A stretch of 12,189 bases of DNA from a bacterium. Lineage in GTDB: Bacteria > Babelota > Babeliae > Babelales > JABCYS01. Each line of letters starts with the position of its first letter. Within the stretch, counting starts at the first letter, position 1. The stretch spans positions 1 through 12,189 of the forward strand of contig DAIDHG010000026.1 in assembly GCA_027452085.1 (NCBI GenBank). The letters are read 5' to 3'. Below the pieces are notes generated by a model. That model did no database searches. It was not told the origin of the DNA and worked only from the letters and a program-made list of their open reading frames with translations. The position numbers and the translations under genes were made by a program. This document shows positions 1 through 7,700 of this stretch, in pieces.

Positions 1-2928
1 CTCGTATCCCCATTCATTTCAGTATTTGGCGCCGCAGTAGTCAGTCAGGTGCAACCAATTCTCACCGAGCTCGGCAAAATAAGCCCTGAGACGTATGAGA
101 AGATAAAAACCTGGTGCATTGCTGGAGTTGCCATGATGAGCCGTGTGCGCAATTGGCGGTCGCCAACGACGGTAACCCCCCAAAGCCCGCCTATAAAAAA
201 TGAGCGCACCTATGTATCTGATCCCGGACCCGAATCGCCTTGGATATTCAAAAAGAAGGTAGATGTGCCCATTGCGCCACCAAACCCTCAGCAAGCCCCA
301 CCGCACTGGAGTGGGCGCATAGAGTTAGGCCCGCATGAAATGGATGATTTCAATCGGCGTGCTCGACAGTATGCTCGAGCTGAGCAACAGGCGTTAACGC
401 TTGACGCTCTATTACAAGAATATGATAAGCAGTTATACGACCGCGCTTTTAATGCATTGCATAGTTTGGCAGCAACCCATCCTGAAAAGCAGGCTTCGCT
501 TTGGCAGACGGTGAAGGCGCGTCTTGAAATGAATGCTATGCATGTGCAAGATCCGAGCCTCAACCTCGGCCCCGGCAAACGCGAGCAGCTACTCAACCAG
601 GCGCAAAAAAAATTATCGGGCTGCTATTTTAATGCCAATGGCTCATTAAAACATCCTTCATTGTGTTGTGATACCTGCCCCACCGCCGCGATCGGGGAGC
701 TCTATGAGCAGTTTCCGGTACAGCCAACCAAACATGGCACCTATGAATGGAAAGATGCCTTTAAAAAATCCGGCACGGCGCATCGTGAATCATATATTAA
801 GGGCGCCCAAGAATGGTTTGGTAAAAGAATTTCCATTTGCAACCGATGTGCGCACAATCAAGATATCTCCCATCAGGCGATGGCTGAAAGTGCACTCAAC
901 AACGCCTATAGTAGCGTTATCAAGGCATGGGAAACAAATGATCCGCGGCATATCACCTTCCCACCTGATTGCACGCGCGATGGCTTATTTAATGATCTTA
1001 TTCATGAATTTGCGCATAAAAATCCCTATTGCTCATCAGACCCAGCAATCGTTGCAGCTATAAAAAATAAGCAGCCACTCACCGCTCAAAAAATAATTGA
1101 ATGCGCAGCAGCCAAAAAGAATCTAGAAGAAGATTTTGGGGTGCCCGATGCTGTCGCACCGCTCGTAAGTGAGCTTAATTATGAGCTAGTGTCGCTCGTG
1201 CACGGCTCAAATGAAGCAGTATTAATGGCAATTGAGAAATTTGCACAGACGCATGCAAAGATTCCAAATTTTGAACGCATCTATTTCCATCCAAATGGGC
1301 TCTGTAAAGCCTTTGATATCGATGATGCTACGGTTGCACAATTAAAGCCGTTTGTTGGCACAAATCTTACTAAAACACAGCGCTTTTCATTGAATCGATT
1401 GGCGATAGCAAGAGCAAATCTACCACATGAGCAGATGCTTATTGATGGCGCACTTTCTGATTTACATGCAGTGGCCTCTGGCACCAAAAATGCCGGCAAG
1501 TTATACCGCTTTGTAGAAAATACACTTTCAGCGCGTGGTGATGAAGTTCGCGGATTGCTCAATAATTATCTTCGCACCATACATAACTCAGAAAAATTTG
1601 ATCAACGATTTAAAGATCATCTGCATGAACAGCTGTTAAATAAAATAAACCCATATGATCTGAATTATACAAAAGCAGTTTTATCGAACTGCATGGTGCA
1701 ACAACCACTGGTCAAAGTGGCCGCCGAATGTATGGCTGCTCAGGCTACGACTGCGGTGGGGCAACAACTCATCGAATTATTGAGTTCTCCCGAGCTCATA
1801 TCAAAATTCCCATTAAGTGCGGACGAGCTATCTCGCTTTCATGATTTGAGCGATCATCTACTCACCGGCGAGCAATCGCACGCAATTTTCCATGATTCTA
1901 TTCAAGCTCTCAGCTGTATACTCGATAAAATTGTTTCGATGAAATGGTATGACTCAGATTATTCCAAAAAAGTAAATTTTGTGGAATTGGATGATTCACT
2001 CGCAGCAATGATTAGTACCATCCGCCAAGCGCATGAATTGAATGCGGCACATAACTCTGATGAAGCCTTGTCTCTTTTATATCCACTGCTGTGTGAGCTT
2101 GGTATTAAACCAACGGCTAAAATTGGCATAATTGATCGTATCAAACAGAATGCAAAACAAACAGATCCGGAAACGTATGAGCGCCTTGCTCGCTTTACCT
2201 ACAGCGCTGCAGCCAGCGTGGCAGTGCCAGCTTATATGGCAACGGCGGACAAAGCTGCAGATCCCGATATAAAAGCAAAAGAAGACGACAAAAAAAAACC
2301 AGCTGCTGCAGCCGGCGGCGGGGGGCAACCGCCTGAGCCCCCCGATCCGAATAAGAATGGCGGTACCGGATCGGCTCCCCAAATGCCTGATTCCGATGAG
2401 CAGAGGCATCGTGTGCTGAATCAACCAATTGGCTTTGGGTCCTGGACACGAAAACAAGCGATGGACATTATTACAGAAGTTGAAACTGGTTGTGACAATG
2501 CCGAAGTAAGAGCGTTGTGCAGTAGAACACGAAACTTATTTGCTCGTTGTTTAAATAACAATTCTGCTGAAGCTGCAAGGGCTTTCGGTGAATTTGAAGG
2601 TGCAATGAATGAAGTCGAGTCTATAGCGCGAATTTTAAGGCGAGCCGGTGGAATTGAATGTTTGCCTGGCCGTATCAATGGTGCTGATTTTGATGTTCTA
2701 ACAAGAGCTCGTCAAATGATTCAATGTAAAGCTTATAGCTGGGATAGAATGTCTCCGGCGGCTTTAAATGATTTTCTTTCGCAACTTGGCTCTCAGGCTA
2801 AAGTGGCTCGGGAATTGGGTTATACTTTTCTTTTCCAATCAAAGAAACCTATTCCGCCTGCCATTTTGTCCCGAATTCAAAAGATTTTATCTGAGCATGG
2901 TGGCGATTTATTCGAAAGGTTTTTCTAG
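1..2928 (+). CDS. Large putative polymorphic toxin with C-terminal PD-(D/E)xK (REase-fold) nuclease-like domain; probably 5'-truncated by the window edge
   Basis: The frame is open from base 1 (LVSPFISVFGAAVVSQVQ..., no stop before the GTG at 49). A long helical-looking body is followed by the linker KKKPAAAAGGGGQPPEPPDPNKNGG (~2290-2365) and a ~170-aa tip with GAMNE...GADFDV...IQCK..W (D...QxK at ~2686-2730). A downstream gene starts 5 nt after the stop. Confidence 0.7.
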   Translation, partial: LVSPFISVFGAAVVSQVQPILTELGKISPETYEKIKTWCIAGVAMMSRVRNWRSPTTVTPQSPPIKNERTYVSDPGPESPWIFKKKVDVPIAPPNPQQAPPHWSGRIELGPHEMDDFNRRARQYARAEQQALTLDALLQEYDKQLYDRAFNALHSLAATHPEKQASLWQTVKARLEMNAMHVQDPSLNLGPGKREQLLNQAQKKLSGCYFNANGSLKHPSLCCDTCPTAAIGELYEQFPVQPTKHGTYEWKDAFKKSGTAHRESYIKGAQEWFGKRISICNRCAHNQDISHQAMAESALNNAYSSVIKAWETNDPRHITFPPDCTRDGLFNDLIHEFAHKNPYCSSDPAIVAAIKNKQPLTAQKIIECAAAKKNLEEDFGVPDAVAPLVSELNYELVSLVHGSNEAVLMAIEKFAQTHAKIPNFERIYFHPNGLCKAFDIDDATVAQLKPFVGTNLTKTQRFSLNRLAIARANLPHEQMLIDGALSDLHAVASGTKNAGKLYRFVENTLSARGDEVRGLLNNYLRTIHNSEKFDQRFKDHLHEQLLNKINPYDLNYTKAVLSNCMVQQPLVKVAAECMAAQATTAVGQQLIELLSSPELISKFPLSADELSRFHDLSDHLLTGEQSHAIFHDSIQALSCILDKIVSMKWYDSDYSKKVNFVELDDSLAAMISTIRQAHELNAAHNSDEALSLLYPLLCELGIKPTAKIGIIDRIKQNAKQTDPETYERLARFTYSAAASVAVPAYMATADKAADPDIKAKEDDKKKPAAAAGGGGQPPEPPDPNKNGGTGSAPQMPDSDEQRHRVLNQPIGFGSWTRKQAMDIITEVETGCDNAEVRALCSRTRNLFARCLNNNSAEAARAFGEFEGAMNEVESIARILRRAGGIECLPGRINGADFDVLTRARQMIQCKAYSWDRMSPAALNDFLSQLGSQAKVARELGYTFLFQSKKPIPPAILSRIQKILSEHGGDLFERFF

Positions 2929-2933
2929 TACGT

Positions 2934-3719
2934 ATGCGATTTAATCTTAATCTGGAATTACGCGCAATATATAGTGCTCATAATATTGAAAAAATATTAG
3001 CCCAGGCAATTAATAATGGGTATGATCGATTTAGCTCTCGCAATATTGATGCAACCCAAGAATTTGAATTGAATCTTTCATCAGCTCTTCAATTTCTTAT
3101 GCATGGCTATAAAGAAAATGAGGAGCAATTCTTGCCGATGTTGATTCTGCATTCGACCAAAAATAATATTGTAAAAACTCTATGGGTTTATAATCATAAC
3201 GATCAGATATCTATTCATTCTGGTACTATGGGTTATGCCGATGGAGATTATGGCTCATTAAAAAGAGATATTTCTACGTATCTAAAGTTGGTTAAAAATT
3301 TTCGCATTTCAAAATTTCGCTTGGCTAACGAATATAATGTCGATATGCCATTGAATTATTACAAGCAAATTACCGATCCAATAATCGGTGTTGTCGGACC
3401 GCATATGGATCATTCTTCTGATCGCAAAATCTTATTAGATAATATTCAAGATGCAGGCTACAACTGTTCTGCGCCGCGTCGATTTGATTGCTCCGCGATT
3501 GACTGCACTTCATATGTATTAACAAATGGAAAAAATGCAGAACTTGAGATTCATGATGGGAGCACATTTTGGTTTTTGCCAAAGAAGCCTTATCGTATGC
3601 AAAGGTATGATGACGAAGTTGCTATTGATACGACGTTTTACTTTGAGATTGTGCTCGATCTCTGTAAGAATCTAGAAATATGGATAATCGAAAGTCATGC
3701 GTTTGATGCAGCCAACTAA
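2934..3719 (+). CDS. Putative cognate immunity protein (hypothetical, 261 aa)
   Basis: ATG lies 5 nt after the toxin stop. The gene is AT-rich (15/60 GC in 2941-3000) and has no signal peptide. The position is the classic toxin-immunity arrangement; no named family recognised. Confidence 0.6.
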   Translation: MRFNLNLELRAIYSAHNIEKILAQAINNGYDRFSSRNIDATQEFELNLSSALQFLMHGYKENEEQFLPMLILHSTKNNIVKTLWVYNHNDQISIHSGTMGYADGDYGSLKRDISTYLKLVKNFRISKFRLANEYNVDMPLNYYKQITDPIIGVVGPHMDHSSDRKILLDNIQDAGYNCSAPRRFDCSAIDCTSYVLTNGKNAELEIHDGSTFWFLPKKPYRMQRYDDEVAIDTTFYFEIVLDLCKNLEIWIIESHAFDAAN

Positions 3720-3997
3720 GCTTGGCCTTCCTTCTTTTTATTTTTCTTAACCGCCGCCTTCACCGTCTTCTCCATCGCCTCCGTTTCATACTCTCCCAAG
3801 TAATCGATGTGTGCATAGCGAAGCCCCCGAGCGACTAATGAAAGAGCTTGTGAGCAGCCGTAGGCAAACGTCGCCGCAAAAAAACAAAGTTGCGCTGCCG
3901 TGTAATAATGCTGAGAAGGCGCTGAGTTATGTGCGCACGCAGCTGGTTGGTGAAGGGCGATCATTGCAACGATGGCTAATAGATACCGTTTAATCAT
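3716..3997 (-). CDS. Small secreted/membrane hypothetical protein (93 aa)
   Basis: Start reassigned from 4135 to the ATG at 3997, which has AAGGAGG (4003-4009, minus strand) 5 nt upstream. Signal-like MIKRYLLAIVAMIALHQPAACA, a second hydrophobic stretch and a Lys-rich C-terminus. Overlaps the upstream gene stop by 8 nt (ATGATTAA). Confidence 0.7.
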   Translation of the reverse strand: MIKRYLLAIVAMIALHQPAACAHNSAPSQHYYTAAQLCFFAATFAYGCSQALSLVARGLRYAHIDYLGEYETEAMEKTVKAAVKKNKKKEGQA

Positions 3998-4646
3998 GTA
4001 ATCCTCCTTCGGCTGGTTGCTTCTGCAGTGGTGCAATGCTTTGCATGAGATCAACATTGAATATGATCGTGCTGCCTGCTCGGTTATCATGCACACGTAG
4101 TAAAAATTGATTGAAATCTGTTTCGTCGTGCACAAAGATTAATCGTTTAACCGTTTGCAATGGCCCAATCGTGGTTATCTCATCTAATATATGATCGCTG
4201 ATAAAATCCGATGCCCATTGGTTGTGGCGATACATCTCGTAGGCCATAGCGGAAATTGGTAAGCACAATTCCCAAAAGTACCAAAGGGCCGGCAGGCCAG
4301 TTGATGCAGTAAAAGCCAACGTGTTGTATTGCAGCTCGTCGATGATGCGTTGTGAGGAAAAGAGCTCCAATTTGTTTTGGGCTTCAAGGTCTGAGCGTAG
4401 GATCGTAAATGATGCCGTGCATCGATTTTCAAAAATGAGCAACAAAGGGCGAATACGTCGTTTGACAAAATCAATGCCAAATACCTTATTGCTTTCACTG
4501 GCCGTAAAAGCCTGGGCCATGCATATTAATGAATTTTGTTGATCATAATAGGCAGATGATCGATGCAAATATGGCAGACCGTCATCAACAATAGCAAGAC
4601 AGATGCTTGGTAGGAAGAGCAATAGCGTCGTTATTTTTTGAACCAT
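3990..4646 (-). CDS. Secreted/membrane hypothetical protein (218 aa), paralogue of 8310-8963
   Basis: Start reassigned to the ATG at 4646 (AAAGG upstream; signal-like MVQKITTLLLFLPSICLA). Central hydrophobic segment LAFTASTGLPALWYFWELCLPISAMA. Colinear similarity to the 8310-8963 product. Confidence 0.75.
   Translation of the reverse strand: MVQKITTLLLFLPSICLAIVDDGLPYLHRSSAYYDQQNSLICMAQAFTASESNKVFGIDFVKRRIRPLLLIFENRCTASFTILRSDLEAQNKLELFSSQRIIDELQYNTLAFTASTGLPALWYFWELCLPISAMAYEMYRHNQWASDFISDHILDEITTIGPLQTVKRLIFVHDETDFNQFLLRVHDNRAGSTIIFNVDLMQSIAPLQKQPAEGGLHD
4003..4009 (-). promoter_or_regulatory. Shine-Dalgarno AAGGAGG for the 3997 start
   Basis: The + strand reads cctcctt at 4003-4009, 5 nt from the ATG. 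Confidence 0.75.
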
Positions 4647-4649
4647 ATG

Positions 4650-4677
4650 TTGACCTTTAAAGCTGGCAGCATATAGT
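4650..4677 (+). promoter_or_regulatory. Putative sigma70-type promoter for the tetra-AAA operon
   Basis: TTGACC (4650-4655), 16-nt spacer, TATAGT (4672-4677). RBS AGGA at 4713-4716 precedes ATG 4722. Confidence 0.5.
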
Positions 4678-4700
4678 ACTGCGCAGTTTGCCCTCGTCAA
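4673..4700 (-). promoter_or_regulatory. Putative sigma70-type promoter for the leftward operon
   Basis: Minus strand TTGACG (4700-4695), 16-nt spacer, TACTAT (4678-4673), upstream of the RBS and ATG at 4646. Confidence 0.5.
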
Positions 4701-4721
4701 TGGTGCCATGTTAGGAACTCA

Positions 4722-7700
4722 ATGATAAAATTTCGATGGCTTTTGCTGATCATGCCATCAGTATTGCTGCCAAATATTTTTTCAACACTCGCCGAATTTA
4801 ACCAGCACAATCGTGCGCAGGCGTATGCGGCATTTAATTATTTTATTCGTGGGCAAAAAGCAGCCGCATCACCATCCCAATCCATGCCAATGGCGAGTAA
4901 TAAAAGGTTTGCTGCTGCCACGTTGCATGAAATGCATGGCCTGCCCAAACCAATCCAAGATCGTCTTCCCCATTTTAATGCGCTGCGAGCAAATGAAGAA
5001 CATACAATTCCATTGCCGCGCGCCTTCATCTTCTTCGGGCCAAGCGGCACCGGCAAGACCACTGCAGCTTATGCCATAGCGCGGCAACTTGGTTTTGAAT
5101 CAACACAAGTTTTTGGCGCACAATTTTTCAACCAATATATTGGTGAATCACAACGCAACGTCGAAAAGCTTTTTGAGCAGCTGCGCGCGTTACAAAAAAA
5201 AGTAATGCTCATTGTAGAAGATATCGATGCCTTAATTGGGCAACGGGTGATCAAAGAGCACCCCGAATATCGTGCTGCGGCCGATCGGTTTATTGCTGAG
5301 CTGAGCATGCAATGCAATGAAAATATCTATGTCATTGGCACCACGAAAAATATCAGCGAGGTGTCGGCAGTATTAAAACATAACGGCAACCTTGAGCAAG
5401 AATTTGTTGAGTTTGCTTTGCCCTCCGGCCCTGAACGCGACAAAATAGTACGCGCCGGCCTGGCGCGCATGCATTACCAGCCTTCAAATGAGCTTGCGCA
5501 ATCGCTCGTTGAGCATACCCATTATTTAAGCCCACAAGATATTGCATTAGTGCTCAGCAAAATAAATGCAGCCGATCTTAATCAATCAGGCGATGCCATT
5601 ATTGAAGCGTTTGAGCGTAAGCGCCGCGAAAAAAATGAAGAGGCGCAGCGAGCCGCTGCCGAATCTGAACCATTCTTTGCGCCGCCCGTCGAGCCAAGAA
5701 TTACCTTTAACGATTTAGGCGGCACCATGCCCGTAGAGATTGCACATCTTCTGCAAAAATTTACCGCTCCCCAATCCTGCATCCAAATTAGGGGAGCTGA
5801 TGACGCCGGCGGTCTCTTGCTTTATGGCCCACCGGGCACAGGCAAAACATCACTAGGAGAAGCATTTGCCGGCCAGGCACGAGCCAAGTTTGTGTATGTT
5901 GCCGCCACCTCAATAAATGATGGCACGATCGGCTCTGGCGCTCGCCACGTCGAATCAATATTCCGGCAAGTAAAACAGTATATTGAACGCAACCCAACAG
6001 ATCGCGTGGTCTTATTTATTGATGAGATAGATGCCGTCGGCACCAGGCAGCAGGGTGATCATGCTGAATACGGCAATACGCTCAATGCATTAAAGATTGC
6101 CTTGTCAGATATCGCCAAGAACAAATCAGTTTTTGTAATCGCCGCAACGAATCATAAAGGGTTGCTTGATCCTGCCCTTATTCGCTCTGGCCGATTTAAC
6201 ACACAATTATTGATTCCATTGCCCCACCATGAAAATCGAGCGCTCATTCTGCGCCATTATCTGAATAAAGTGCCGCACACCATAGCGGCGCAGGATCTAG
6301 ATGCCTACGTAGATCGCCTAGCACAACAAACCGATGGCTTTAACTGCGCCGATCTGCAATCAATTATCTTGGATAAGGCATGCACGCTGGCCAACGTTGC
6401 TCATGAAGCTGCAATATCGCAGATGCATATCGATCAAGGGTTGATGGCCGTGCGCAAAGGCCATTTCGATCGCCTGAAAGATGAGATGCCCTATCGCATG
6501 GAACATGATCCATCACTGGGGCTGGAAAATATTCTTGGCATTCCCAACCAAGTAATGAACCACTTAGCTGATTTAAAAACCTATGCTCGCTCGCGCAATC
6601 AAGCGCCACGCGGGCTTCTATTGTATGGCCCGCCGGGCACCGGCAAAACAACCTTGGCAAAGGCCATAGCCCAAGCATCAGGTTTTGATGCTGCATTTAT
6701 TGTGGCTCCGCAACTATTTAACTTTGCCGAAGGGTCGGCAGCTGTTTCAAAACTGTTTGAACAGTTGCGCAGCACGCAGCGACCAACTGTCCTTATCGTT
6801 GATGAGGTAGACAAAATAGGTTCAAAGCATGCAATCGAGACCGTGCCGGGTGCTTCAAGCGTTGCCACTATGTTTTGGAATGAACTGAGCAATCCACTCA
6901 ATCATATGATATTTGTAATCGCCACAACCAATAAACCAGAACAGCTTGAAGAAGCGCTGGTGAGAACTGGCCGTTTTGATACAAAAGTATCGATCGATTT
7001 GCCTGATAATAATGTGCGTGGCCAGATCATTGATTTTTATTTGCGGCAACATGGTCTTGAGATAGGGGTAGAGCCGTTGAACGAGTTGGTCAAACTAACT
7101 AAGAATTACAGTGGCCAAGATATTAAAACCTTTATCATGGGCGCTAGACGAGAATGCAAGCGTGGTGAAGAGCAAACGGCCATGATGAAAAATTTGCGCG
7201 CGATTATTGAAGCAGACCGCAAAGCTCGAATTGAGCAGGCCCGCCGGCTGTTGAAAGAGAATGCGCCATTTACGATATCGGAGCCTACAAAATCAATTAA
7301 AGATATAGCTGGTAAAATTGACGCCGATATTTTAACACTCATGCAAGATTTTAAAGCTGGTCACACCAATTTTAATCGCACAGTACCACAAGGGCTATTA
7401 TTGCATGGACCACCCGGCACTGGTAAAACACTTTTGGCAGAAGTTTTTGCAAGCCAAGCACAGGCAAGATTTATCTCAATATCAGCTGGTAGCTTTGCAC
7501 AGAAATATGTGGGGGAAGGGCCGCAAATGATAAAAAGTATGTTTGCTCTTGCCAAATCATATGCGGAGGAAGGTGGCAAAATTGTTATTTTTATCGATGA
7601 GTTTGAAGCTGTTGCGGTGCAACGACGGAATAATGATAACCGCGAAGATATTCGTATGGTTGGAGAATTGCTCGTTGGTCTAGCTGCAGTCAATGATATG

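Noticed and set aside
19..2678. Short ORFs overlapping the toxin gene (e.g. 668-1063, 2077-2457)
   Set aside because: They lie within or opposite the long ORF and show no recognisable motifs.
3998..4709. Longer track starts at 4135 and 4709 (likewise 10505 and 11881)
   Set aside because: Downstream ATGs have Shine-Dalgarno sites and put signal-like peptides at the N-terminus. The 4135 and 4709 versions also overlap a neighbouring gene or the promoter region.
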